Positions 31,001-40,023 of a stretch of DNA of 64,000 nt are shown piece after piece; positions within the stretch are counted from its first letter, which is position 1; every line of letters begins with the position of its first letter. The translations under genes were made by a program, and so were the position numbers. The notes under the pieces are model-generated. The model ran no database searches. It was not told where the DNA came from and saw nothing but the letters and a program-made list of their open reading frames with translations. Origin of the DNA: an uncultured delta proteobacterium (GTDB lineage Bacteria; Myxococcota_A; Polyangia; Fen-1088); the NCBI GenBank assembly GCA_963767925.1, contig CAVYGB010000010.1, forward strand, positions 832,001 to 896,000, in the 5' to 3' direction.

Positions 31001-32482
31001 TCAGGACATCCAGTTCGCGTCGGCGGCGGGCGCCCACTTCGTCGTGATCTTCTTGAGGCGGCTCCAGAACTCGACGGCGGGGCGACCGGTGATGTCGCCG
31101 CTGCCGAACTTGGAGTCCTTGCTGCCTCCGAAGGAGAAGGGCTCGCGGGGGACGGGGACGCCGACGTTGACCCCCACCATGCCGCTCTCGGCCCGCTCGG
31201 CCACGTGGCGCGCCACCGACCCGCTGGTCGTGAAGACGCTGGTGGCGTTGCCGTAGGGGCTGGCCGCCTCGAGGGCGAGGGCCGCCTCCAGGGTCGGCAC
31301 CCGCAACACGGTGAGGACCGGCCCGAACAGCTCGCTGCGGGCGCAGTCCATGTCGGGGCGGGCCTGGTCGATCACGGTGGGGCCGAGCCAGCTCCCCCCT
31401 TCGTAGCCGGGGGGCGGGGGGCGCCGGCGGCCGTCGACCAGGACGCGGGCCCCTTCCCGCTCGGCCCGGTCGATGGCGGCGGTCAGGCGCTCGCGGGCGG
31501 CGGCGTCGATGAGGGCGCCCATGCCGGGCCCCAGCTCGATGCGGGCGGCCTCCTCGGCGATCTGCCCGACCAGGTGATCGACGGGGCCCACCGCGACGAG
31601 CACGCTCGAGGCCATGCAGCGCTGGCCGGCGCAGCCGGTGAACGAGTCGACAACCCCCCGCACGGTGACCCCCGGCTCGGCGTCGGGCACAACGATGAGG
31701 TGGTTCTTGGCCCCGCCCAGGCAGAGGGCGCGCTTGCCCCGGGCGGTGGCCCGCTCGTAGATGGCGCGGGCGGCGGCGGTCGAGCCAACGAAGGCCACCG
31801 CGGCGACGTCGGGGTGCTCGGCGAGGGCGAGGGCGGCCTGCTTGTCCCCCTGGACCAGGGAGAAGACGCCGGGGGGGAAGCCCGCCTCCAGCATCAGCTC
31901 GCCCAGGCGGGTGGCCGTCTGGGGCACCTTCTCCGAGGGCTTGAGGATGAAGGCGTTGCCCACCGTGACGGCGATGGGGAACATCCAGAGGGGGACCATG
32001 GCCGGGAAGTTGAAGGGGGTGATGCCGGCGACGACGCCGAGTGGCTCGCGCCGCACCTCGCAGCTCACCCCCCGGCTGACCTCGAGCAGGGCGCCGTCGT
32101 CGAGGTTCTGGAGGGACAGGGCGAACTCGACAACCTCGAGGCCCTTGGCCAGGCCAGCGGCGGCCTCGGCCCGGGTCTTGCCGGCCTCGAGGGCGGCCAG
32201 GTTGGCCAGCTCGTCCATGCACGCCGCGACCAGCTCGCGGAAGCGGAACAGGGGGCGGGTGCGCTCCTTGATCGGGATGGCGCGCCAGGCGGGGAAGGCG
32301 GCCCGGGCGCCCGCCACCACCGCGTCGACGTCGTCGGCGCCCGACAGCTCGACGCTGCCGGTTACGGTGCCCGAGTAGGGGCTGGTGAGGGGGCGCTGCT
32401 GGCCCGTCCGGGCGCGTTGCCAGCGACCGGCCACGAGGTTTTCGCAGCGGCGCGGTGACTCCGGAAGATCGACGAGGGGCAT
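31001..32482 (-). CDS. mmsA: CoA-acylating (methyl)malonate-semialdehyde dehydrogenase
   Basis: GITPFNFPAMVPLWMFP, KPSEKVP, FVGST, GGAKNH, catalytic GQRCMA, VGVPVP. Confidence 0.9.
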   Translation of the reverse strand: MPLVDLPESPRRCENLVAGRWQRARTGQQRPLTSPYSGTVTGSVELSGADDVDAVVAGARAAFPAWRAIPIKERTRPLFRFRELVAACMDELANLAALEAGKTRAEAAAGLAKGLEVVEFALSLQNLDDGALLEVSRGVSCEVRREPLGVVAGITPFNFPAMVPLWMFPIAVTVGNAFILKPSEKVPQTATRLGELMLEAGFPPGVFSLVQGDKQAALALAEHPDVAAVAFVGSTAAARAIYERATARGKRALCLGGAKNHLIVVPDAEPGVTVRGVVDSFTGCAGQRCMASSVLVAVGPVDHLVGQIAEEAARIELGPGMGALIDAAARERLTAAIDRAEREGARVLVDGRRRPPPPGYEGGSWLGPTVIDQARPDMDCARSELFGPVLTVLRVPTLEAALALEAASPYGNATSVFTTSGSVARHVAERAESGMVGVNVGVPVPREPFSFGGSKDSKFGSGDITGRPAVEFWSRLKKITTKWAPAADANWMS

Positions 32483-32571
32483 GGGCGTAGCCCTTCAATT
32501 TTCCTTCCCGGGGAGCCCCCTGTCCAGTGGCGCGGCCCGGGAAGACGGTCGGGTACACTGTGGGGTCCCAG

Positions 32572-33204
32572 ATGAGCCAGCAGACGCGGTCGGTTTCCCT
32601 GGTTGTCGGCATCGCCGGTGGGACCGGCAGCGGCAAGACCACCCTGGCCGAGAAGATCGTGGCCGCCCTGCCCACCGGACAGGCCCTGCTGCTGCAGCAC
32701 GACGGCTACTACCGGGACCGCAGCCACCTGCCGCCGGCCGAGCGGGCCCGGATGAACTTCGACGAGCCCGAGGCCACCGAAAACGAGCTCCTGGCGCAGC
32801 ACCTGGACGCGCTCCGCGCGGGGCAGGCCATCGAGGCGCCCCGGTACGAGTTTTCCACCCACACCCGCCGGACCGAGACCCGCCGGCTGGACCCCTGCCC
32901 CATCGTCGTCGTCGAGGGGATCCTGCTGTTCGCGGTGGCGAGCCTGCGAGACCGCTTCGATCTGCGCCTGTTCGTCGACACGCCCGACGACCTGCGGCTG
33001 CTGCGGCGGATCAAGCGGGACCTGCTCGAGCGCGGGCGGGACATCGGGTCGATCGAGGCGCAGTACCTGACCACCGTACGCGACATGCACGAGCTCCACG
33101 TGGCGCCCACCCGGCGGCACGCCCACCTCATCGTGCCCGAGGGTGGGGAGAACCTGCAGGCGCTCGACGTGATCGTCGGCAAGCTCCTGCACCTGCTGGG
33201 GTAG
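32572..33204 (+). CDS. udk: Uridine kinase
   Basis: GIAGGTGSGKTT, DGYY, NFDEP, EGILLF, RRIKRD..ERGR. Confidence 0.93.
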   Translation: MSQQTRSVSLVVGIAGGTGSGKTTLAEKIVAALPTGQALLLQHDGYYRDRSHLPPAERARMNFDEPEATENELLAQHLDALRAGQAIEAPRYEFSTHTRRTETRRLDPCPIVVVEGILLFAVASLRDRFDLRLFVDTPDDLRLLRRIKRDLLERGRDIGSIEAQYLTTVRDMHELHVAPTRRHAHLIVPEGGENLQALDVIVGKLLHLLG

Positions 33205-33213
33205 GTGGCGCGG

Positions 33214-34740
33214 CTAGTTCCCGAGGTCGGCGAGGACCCGGGCGGCGCGGGCGCGGAGGATGGCGAGGACCGCGGCAAAGGAGGCCTCGGTCTCGGCGTC
33301 GCTGTAGACCTTGCGCCGATCGGCGGCGAGGTGGGGGGCGATCTGGGCGCGGTAGGAGCTGGCCCGGGCGTCCAGGCCGGCAGCGGGCAGGAGGGCGACG
33401 ACCTCCCGGACGACGGCGAGGTAACGCGCGCGGCAGGGGGGGCTGGCGAGGCAGCGCCGGAGGACGAGGCCGGCGGTGATCGGCTCGAGGGGGCTGTTCC
33501 CGCTGTGGGCGAGATCGAGCATCGGCAGGTGGACGGCGGTGTCGTCGAAGGGCTTCCAGGCCATGTCGAGGCCCCAGGGGAGAAAGACGAAGCGGCCGCT
33601 GGCGGGGTCGCGATAGAGGTGGAAGTTGTTGGGATAAAACCGGGTATAGCCGTACATGTCCCACTGGTTCACGATCCCCTCGGCGGCGGTGAAGCGCAGG
33701 AAGCGCTCGGTGTCGAGGAGGGGGGCCAGCTCCTGCAGGAGGGTCGCGTCGCCGGCCCGGGCCAGGGCGGCGGTGAGGGCGCGCAGGTCGTTGCGATCGT
33801 CGGCCAGCTCGTTGGTCTGCAGCTCGAAGGTCGCCTCGCGGCCGGGCAGGAGGTCCTCGCCCCCTTCCTCGTAGAGGTTGCCGGCGTCGCTGGCGAACCA
33901 GCGCCGCAGCAGGGGCTTGTCGATCGACTCGACGTTGGCGTACACGCCGTAGAACTGGCCGTTCACCCAGAGCAGGGCGTTGTTGGCGCGCGAGGCCGGT
34001 AGCCCGGCCAGGCGGAAGAAGTCGTAAGCGAGGCGCTCGGCGATGCCCGAGGGGTCCTCCATCAGGTTGTTGAGGGTGAGGCGGCGCAGGCCGCGGAACG
34101 AGCGGCCGAGCACGAAGGCGTCGAACTTGATCTTGAGGGCGGGCTTGGCGGCGAAGGCGGTGCGGGTGGCCTCGCCCTTGATGCGGATCCCGACGTCCTC
34201 GAGCACCTCGCTGCCGTAGCGGAAGCGGGCGCGCACGTAGTGCTTGAGGTCGCCGGCCAGCTCGGCGGCGTTCAGCTCGGCGATGGCGGCGGGGGTGACC
34301 TCGAGATCGAAGCGGGGGAGCCGGTCGGGGGCGAACAGCTCGTCGCTGGCGGTGGGACCGGTGGGCGGAGGCGACGGTGTGGGGGGAGACGGTGGCGGAG
34401 GTGGGCCGGGCGGCGGCGGCGGCGCGGGGGGACCCGGCGGAGGCGGGCCGGGGGTGGGCGGGCCGGGAGGAGGTGGTGGTGGAGGCGGGCCGGGGGGGAG
34501 CGGGCCGGGGGGCGCAGGTGGTGGCGGGGGGGCGGCGTCCGGAGTGGATGGTGGCGGAGGGGCTTTCGGGCCCCCGGCGGGGGGCTTGGGCGGGGAGGCG
34601 CCGGGCGGCTGGGCCGGGTCGGCGACGCCGGGCGGGGCGGCGGGCGCTTCGTCCGGCGGTCCCGGCGCCGGCCTCGCCTCCGTCTGTCGACAGGATGCGA
34701 TCGCGGCGAGCGCCAGCAGCGAGAGACGACGTCTGGACAT
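33214..34740 (-). CDS. CotH-kinase family lipoprotein with long poly-Pro stalk
   Basis: Lipobox IASC; VGIRIKG, KPALKIKFD, LTLNN, YGVYANVE, GNLYE, WD...NNFHLY, PWGLD. Confidence 0.85.
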   Translation of the reverse strand: MSRRRLSLLALAAIASCRQTEARPAPGPPDEAPAAPPGVADPAQPPGASPPKPPAGGPKAPPPPSTPDAAPPPPPAPPGPLPPGPPPPPPPPGPPTPGPPPPGPPAPPPPPGPPPPPSPPTPSPPPTGPTASDELFAPDRLPRFDLEVTPAAIAELNAAELAGDLKHYVRARFRYGSEVLEDVGIRIKGEATRTAFAAKPALKIKFDAFVLGRSFRGLRRLTLNNLMEDPSGIAERLAYDFFRLAGLPASRANNALLWVNGQFYGVYANVESIDKPLLRRWFASDAGNLYEEGGEDLLPGREATFELQTNELADDRNDLRALTAALARAGDATLLQELAPLLDTERFLRFTAAEGIVNQWDMYGYTRFYPNNFHLYRDPASGRFVFLPWGLDMAWKPFDDTAVHLPMLDLAHSGNSPLEPITAGLVLRRCLASPPCRARYLAVVREVVALLPAAGLDARASSYRAQIAPHLAADRRKVYSDAETEASFAAVLAILRARAARVLADLGN

Positions 34741-34927
34741 GGGGTTGAGCGGGCGGCTCCCGGACGCCGAACAACCTGGGCCCCGCTGGCGCCGCCGGCC
34801 GGGCGCCGGCCGAAAATACAGGGCGGGTCAGTCAGCGGAGCTCGCAATCGGGCACAGGCGGATGGCGCTCGGCCGTTGCGACCACAACCTGTCCGGACCG
34901 AGGCGAGGGGCCTCGCCGGAGCGATCC

Positions 34928-36076
34928 ATGAATGGACTTCGACTGGAGATCGCGCGCGGACCGGGCGGGCTCGAGGGGCTGGCGCCGGACTGGGCTGCCC
35001 TCTCGCAGAGCCTCCCGGACCCGAGCTACGTGCAGCTCTGGGGCTGGCACCGCAGCCTGGTGGAGGCGCTGGTGCCCGAGCCCGAGGAGGTGGCCTTCTG
35101 CGTGCTCCGCGACGCCGCCGGGGCGGCGGTGGCGATCGTGCCGCTGCTGCGGACCCGGCAGCGGATGGGGGGCGTGCCGGTGCGGGTGCTGCAGTTGCCG
35201 AGCCACGAGCACATGCACCACACGGATCTGCTGGTGCATCCCGGATGGCGGACGCGCATCGAGCTGCCGGCCCTGATGGCGCGGGTGGCGGCGCAAGGGC
35301 TGGCGTTCGACGTGCTGGTGCTGGGGCCGGTGCTGGCCGACTCGACCGCCCGGGCGATCTTCGAGAGCGGCAAGCCGCTGCTGGCGCTCGTCGAGCCGGC
35401 GCGCCAGTCGGACGCGCTCGCCACCGGGAACCACGAGCAGCTCCTCGATCGGCTGTCGAAGAACTTCCGGGGCAACCTGCGCAAGGCGCGCAACAAGCTC
35501 GAGCGGCTCGGGACGGTCCGCATGGTGACGGCGCGGGGGCCGGAGCTCGGGGGGGCCTTCGATCGGTTCTGCGCGGTGGAGGCCTCGGGGTGGAAGGGGC
35601 GGGAGGGGACCGGGACGGCGATCGCCAACGATCCGCGGCTGCTGCGGTTCTATCGACAGCTCATCGAGCGGCTGGGGCCGGCGGGGCAGGTAGAGATCCA
35701 TCTGCTGCTCGCCGGTGGGACGGTGATCGCGGCGCAGTTTGCGGTGGTGGTGGGGCGGCGCTGTTATCTCCTGAAGATCGGGTACGACGAGGGGCAAGCG
35801 GCGCTCGCGCCGGGCAACATGCTGCTCGAGCGGTTGCTGCAGAGGTACGAGCGGGATGCGGCGGTCTCGCACGTCGATCTGGTGACGGATGCGGCCTGGC
35901 ACGAGAGCTGGAAGCCGGAGAGCCGGCTGGTTTATCAGCACCACCTGTTTCGGCCGACGACGCGGGGGTTGCTGGCCTGGGCGGCGCTGCAGGGAAAACA
36001 GGCGCTGCGGCCGGTGCGGCGACGGGTCGGCGCGCGCTGGAGGGAGCTGATCGGCGCGGAGGTGGCGGGGGGGTGA
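34928..36076 (+). CDS. GNAT N-acetyltransferase, CelD/BcsL-like (Acetyltransf_6)
   Basis: LSKNFRGNLRK, E..GWKG, LKIGYDE..A.LAPG.LL, WK motif. Confidence 0.8.
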   Translation: MNGLRLEIARGPGGLEGLAPDWAALSQSLPDPSYVQLWGWHRSLVEALVPEPEEVAFCVLRDAAGAAVAIVPLLRTRQRMGGVPVRVLQLPSHEHMHHTDLLVHPGWRTRIELPALMARVAAQGLAFDVLVLGPVLADSTARAIFESGKPLLALVEPARQSDALATGNHEQLLDRLSKNFRGNLRKARNKLERLGTVRMVTARGPELGGAFDRFCAVEASGWKGREGTGTAIANDPRLLRFYRQLIERLGPAGQVEIHLLLAGGTVIAAQFAVVVGRRCYLLKIGYDEGQAALAPGNMLLERLLQRYERDAAVSHVDLVTDAAWHESWKPESRLVYQHHLFRPTTRGLLAWAALQGKQALRPVRRRVGARWRELIGAEVAGG

Positions 36077-36080
36077 CGAC

Positions 36081-36320
36081 GATGGCGATGGCGATGGCGA
36101 TGGCGATGGCGATGGCGATGGCGATGGCGATGGCGATGGCGATGGCGATGGCGATGGCGATGGCGATGGCGATGGCGATGGCGATGGCGATGGCGATGGC
36201 GATGGCGATGGCGATGGCGATGGCGATGGCGATGGCGATGGCGATGGCGATGGCGATGGCGATGGCGATGGCGATGGCGATGGCGATGGCGATGGCGATG
36301 GCGATGGCGATGGCGATGGC
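36081..36320. repeat. Perfect hexamer tandem repeat (GATGGC)x40
   Basis: 240 bp of uninterrupted GATGGC units. Confidence 0.97.
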
Positions 36321-36327
36321 CACACCG

Positions 36328-36508
36328 GAGACCCCTCACCCCTCCCTCTCCCCGCTGCCGCGGGGCGAGGGCGAACATCTGGCGAGGTTGCCTCGATCAG
36401 CTTCCGAGTGGGTGATTCATGGCAGCTTCTTCCGAGATTTTTGGCTCCCCGTTGTCCGCTCGCCCTCGCCCCGCGGCAGCGGGGAGAGGGTTGGGGTGAG
36501 GGGCTCCG
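36328..36508. repeat. Inverted pair of REP-like hairpin repeats (REPIN-like doublet)
   Basis: CCCCTCACCCCTCCCTCTCCCCGCTGCCGCGGGGCGAGGGCGA within 36328-36376; near-identical reverse copy 36458-36508. Confidence 0.85.
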
Positions 36509-36527
36509 GGCAAACCGTTCGGTGGTC

Positions 36528-37253
36528 TCAGTCCATGGGAAGGAAGCGAACCTGGTCGCCGGGGTGGATCAGGAAGGGGTCGGGGCGATCGGGATCGAAG
36601 AGGATCGCGGGGGTGTGGCCGATGATGCGCCAGCCGCCGGGGCTGGTGGTCGGGTAGATGCCCGTCTGCCGCCCGCCGATTCCCACCGATCCCGCGGGGA
36701 CTGCCGGGTGGGGGGTGGACAGGCGGGGGGTGGTCAGGTGGGGGTCGAGGCCGCCGAGGAAGGGGAAGCCGGGGCGGAAGCCGAGCAGGTGGCACAGGTA
36801 GACGGGGGCGGTGTGGCGCTCGATGAGCTCGGGGAGGGTGAGATCTTTCTCGGCCAGGAGGGCTTCCAGATCGGTCGCCACCGTGGGGTGGTAGCGGACG
36901 GGGATCTCCACGAGGCGGCCGGGCGGCGCAAGGGCGACGGCGGGTCCGATGGCGGGGGCGACTGCCTGCTGCCAGGCCTGCGCGAGCGCGGCGCGGACGG
37001 CGCCGCCATCGGTGACGACCGGGTCGAAGACCACGAGGACGGTCGCGTAGCCGGGCAACACGTCCAGCCAGCCGGGCGGCCAGCGTGTCTGCGGGTCGAG
37101 GGCGGCGAGCGCGGCCATCACCCGCTCGAAGGTCCTTGGCGAGATGTCGTCGCCGAGGCGGAGCGAAAGGGCGGCGTCGCCGGCGGGCGAGATGTCCGGG
37201 CCGGGGGGCGCCGGCGCGCGCAGCGAGGAGCCGGGTGGCGGTGGGTGGCTCAC
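36528..37253 (-). CDS. pxpB: 5-oxoprolinase subunit B (carboxyltransferase C/D, AHS1 family)
   Basis: PAGDAAL, PGYATVLV, EIPVRY, GFRPGFPFL, VPAGSVGIGG.QTGIYP..SPGGWRIIG. Confidence 0.92.
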   Translation of the reverse strand: MSHPPPPGSSLRAPAPPGPDISPAGDAALSLRLGDDISPRTFERVMAALAALDPQTRWPPGWLDVLPGYATVLVVFDPVVTDGGAVRAALAQAWQQAVAPAIGPAVALAPPGRLVEIPVRYHPTVATDLEALLAEKDLTLPELIERHTAPVYLCHLLGFRPGFPFLGGLDPHLTTPRLSTPHPAVPAGSVGIGGRQTGIYPTTSPGGWRIIGHTPAILFDPDRPDPFLIHPGDQVRFLPMD

Positions 37254-37918
37254 GGTGTGCCGCTGGCCAGGCCCTGCTCGACGAAGAAGGCGCGGATGGC
37301 GGCGAGCAGGCGGGCGTCCCAGTCGGACTGGGTGCCCGGGGTGCCGGCGGGCGCGCGCTTGCGGACGGCCAGGGAGTGATCGCCGCCCTCGACGACGAAG
37401 AGACGCTGGGGGGCCCGCATCTCGCCACGCACGCGTTCCAGGTCGTCGAGCGGGCAGAGGGCGTCGCGGGTGCCCTGCAGGAACAGGATCGGAGTGTCGA
37501 GGGCGCGCAGCACCTCGTCGCGCAGGGCTCCGCTGCCCCCCTTCAAGGGGTAGCCGAAGCAGACCAGGGCGGCCGGCACCGGCGCCCCGCCCTGCCCGGC
37601 CGCTCCGGCCTCCGCCCGCTCCCGGAACAGCTCGACGGCGAGGTGGCAGCCCATGCGCGAGCCCATCGACTTGCCGGCGAACACCACCGGGCGGTCGGCG
37701 CCGTGGCGCGCGCGCGCCTCGGCCAGGGCCTCCCGGTGGGCGGCCAGGAGGACCGGCATGCGGTCGGGTGCCTTGCGGCCGGCCTTCATGTACGGGTAGT
37801 CGAAGGCCACCACCGGGCCGAGCGCTCCGAGCCGCTCGGCCCAGCTCTTCATCCAGCCGGACGAGGACGGGGCGCCCGCGCCGTGCGCGAACAGGATGAT
37901 CGGGGTCTGGGCCGCCAT
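37250..37918 (-). CDS. Alpha/beta hydrolase, KANL3/Tex30-like
   Basis: AHGAGA, GKSMGSR, GYPL, QGTRD, GDHS; stop overlaps pxpB start. Confidence 0.8.
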   Translation of the reverse strand: MAAQTPIILFAHGAGAPSSSGWMKSWAERLGALGPVVAFDYPYMKAGRKAPDRMPVLLAAHREALAEARARHGADRPVVFAGKSMGSRMGCHLAVELFRERAEAGAAGQGGAPVPAALVCFGYPLKGGSGALRDEVLRALDTPILFLQGTRDALCPLDDLERVRGEMRAPQRLFVVEGGDHSLAVRKRAPAGTPGTQSDWDARLLAAIRAFFVEQGLASGTP

Positions 37919-37960
37919 CGGCGCATCATACCGCTGCCCCCAGGCCCACACCGGCGGCGA

Positions 37961-39913
37961 TCACCTCCGGGTGGCTTCGAAGGCGGAGAGCCACACCACG
38001 GCGCGGGAGGAGGCCGGGCAGCGGGCCTGAAGCGCGATGACCAGGGGGCCGCCGGGGTGCTCGTGGCTGATCTCGAGGGGGAGAGTCTCGCCGCGACCGC
38101 CGGCGGCGAGGAGATCGGAGAGGGGAATCGAGGCGGGCTTCGCGCGGGACGGGACAAGATCGATCCAGCAGGTGGCGGCGGCGGGTGGCGACGGCGTGGC
38201 GGCGGCGGGTGGCGACGGCGTGGCGGCGGCGGGTGGCGACGGCGTGGCGGCGGCGGGTGGCGACGGCGTGGCGGCGGCGGGTGGCGGGGGAGCGGTGGGG
38301 AGGGCGTCGAGGTGGGCGCGCAGGGTGTAGCGGCCGGGGGGCAGGGTCAGGGTGGTGTGGGCGACGGGGCGCGATCCGGGGTCGCCGGTTGCCAGAGCCA
38401 GGCCGAAGCCGTCGTGGACGCCCTGGATGGGGGAGCGGCCCTGGCCGGTTGGAGCCCACTTGCAGACGGCGGGGTGGCCGTCGATGCGGCAGACGTGGGC
38501 GGCCCAGCGGTGGGTGTCGCGGAGGCGCGCGCCGATCGCCTGGCTGACGGGCCAGCCGGCGAGCAGGACCAGGAGGGCGATGGCCACCGCGAGGCCGTCG
38601 CGGCGCAGGCCGGCCCGGGCGCCGCCGGGGCGATCGGCGGCCCCCGTGGCGACGCCGCGATCGGCGACCTCCCCGGCGCCGCGGCGGTGGAGGCGGGTGG
38701 CTTGCTCGGCGATCCAGGCGGGCACGGCGGCGGCGACGGGGAACATCAGGGCAGCGATGGGGAGGTGGTAGCGGGCCTCGGCGAAGTAGAGAGCGTAGAC
38801 CCCCGCGAGGGCGAGCTGGATGGGGACGAAGGCGAGGGCTTCCCAGCGGCGGCGGGCCACGGCCAGGCCGATGCCGGCGAAGGTGGCGACGACGAGCGCG
38901 ATCCAGAAGGCGTCGGTCCAGGCCTCCAGGGCCGGGCGGTGGCGGTCGAAGAAGGCCTTGGTCGGGCCGGGGCGGAGGACGCCGGCGCGGTAGAGGGGCC
39001 AGTAGAGCAGCGGGCGCTCGCGATCGAGGAGGCGTTCGGCCTTCAGCGCCACCAGGCCGGCGGCGTAGCGCCCCGAGAAGGCCGACCAGTCGCGGGCCAG
39101 GGCGTAGGCGGCGCGGTCGGCGGCCCGGTGGGGCTCCGCCAGGAGGGTGTAGCCGGTGACCTCCTTGAACAGGCGGTTGAGCGAGCGCGAGTAGCGGCCG
39201 TCGCTGTTGGGGTTGGCGCCCACCAGGGCGGTGAGTCCGCCGTGGCTGTCGGTGAGCATCCACGCGCCGTAGCGGGCGTGGTTGCGCAGCACCCAGGGGG
39301 CCAGGACCAGCAGGGCGATCAGGGCGCCGGCGGCGGAGCGCACGATAGCCTGCCGCCAGGTGGCGCCCGCGGCGCGGAAGTAGAAGACCGTGAAGACGGC
39401 CAGGGGGACGGTCACCGCGCGCACCCAGGCGCCCAGGCCCATGGCCAGCCCGAAGGCGGCCGTCGCGACCCAGGGACGGGTGCGCCCCCAGCGGACCAGG
39501 GCCCAGGCGGCGCCGAGGATCAGCACGCCCGCTGGCATGTCGGTCCCGGTCACGCTGCCGACCGCCACCCCGGCCGGCCAGAGGGCATAGGCGATCCCGG
39601 CGGCCAGCGCCGCCGCCCGCCCCCAGAAGGCGGCCGCCAGCCCGTACACCGCGCCCGCGCCGGCGGCGCTCAGCAGCGCGCCGAGGGTCAGCTTGATCGC
39701 CAGCAGGCCGCCCCCCAGCCCCATCACCAGCGCGGCCGCCCCCACGTACCCCGGCATGTAGACGAACTCCGGGTCGAGCGCCCCCTGCTCGAGCAGGTAG
39801 GTCGCGGACTCTAGGTACATGGCGAAGTCCCCCACCGGCTTGCTCGGGACGAGCAGCACCCAGGCCACGCGCACGAGTGCGGCGAGGGCGACGATCAGCG
39901 AGGGGGCCAGCAT
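37961..39913 (-). CDS. Integral membrane glycosyltransferase (GT-C, ArnT/PMT-like)
   Basis: Many TMs; acidic loop after TM1 (GDFAMY), PGY, PWVLRN, RYHLP. Confidence 0.65.
   Translation of the reverse strand: MLAPSLIVALAALVRVAWVLLVPSKPVGDFAMYLESATYLLEQGALDPEFVYMPGYVGAAALVMGLGGGLLAIKLTLGALLSAAGAGAVYGLAAAFWGRAAALAAGIAYALWPAGVAVGSVTGTDMPAGVLILGAAWALVRWGRTRPWVATAAFGLAMGLGAWVRAVTVPLAVFTVFYFRAAGATWRQAIVRSAAGALIALLVLAPWVLRNHARYGAWMLTDSHGGLTALVGANPNSDGRYSRSLNRLFKEVTGYTLLAEPHRAADRAAYALARDWSAFSGRYAAGLVALKAERLLDRERPLLYWPLYRAGVLRPGPTKAFFDRHRPALEAWTDAFWIALVVATFAGIGLAVARRRWEALAFVPIQLALAGVYALYFAEARYHLPIAALMFPVAAAVPAWIAEQATRLHRRGAGEVADRGVATGAADRPGGARAGLRRDGLAVAIALLVLLAGWPVSQAIGARLRDTHRWAAHVCRIDGHPAVCKWAPTGQGRSPIQGVHDGFGLALATGDPGSRPVAHTTLTLPPGRYTLRAHLDALPTAPPPPAAATPSPPAAATPSPPAAATPSPPAAATPSPPAAATCWIDLVPSRAKPASIPLSDLLAAGGRGETLPLEISHEHPGGPLVIALQARCPASSRAVVWLSAFEATRR
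38172..38286. repeat. In-frame 24-bp tandem repeat, about 4.8 copies (PPAAATPS)
   Basis: Unit GTGGCGGCGGCGGGTGGCGACGGC starting at 38172, 38196, 38220, 38244, 38268. Confidence 0.9.
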
Positions 39914-40023
39914 GGCAGGCGCATGAAAGCCCACAACCACCCCCCGACGCCAGCCTCACCTGGCAAACCAACACATCGATACTTGATTTGCAATCCGTAT
40001 GCGTATAATTTAGCCCTATTCGA

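Noticed and set aside
29706..32675. 989-aa ORF as a single fusion protein
   Set aside because: The N-terminal roughly 565 aa are an off-frame shadow of mmsA; recognisable URC1-like sequence starts at GTG 30977 behind an RBS-like AAGGAA
17722..36508. CRISPR array
   Set aside because: Repeats are dispersed inverted pairs or spacer-less tandems, and no cas genes are present
34240..36657. 805-aa ORF with poly-MA, and the poly-PS, poly-IA and poly-HR ORFs
   Set aside because: Products of the stop-free hexamer array; they overlap the better supported CotH, GNAT and pxpB genes
37085..39814. 909-aa plus-strand ORF and similar long antisense ORFs (49905-52193, 60296-62815, 43266-45374)
   Set aside because: Antisense shadows typical of high-GC codon bias, with no recognisable motifs
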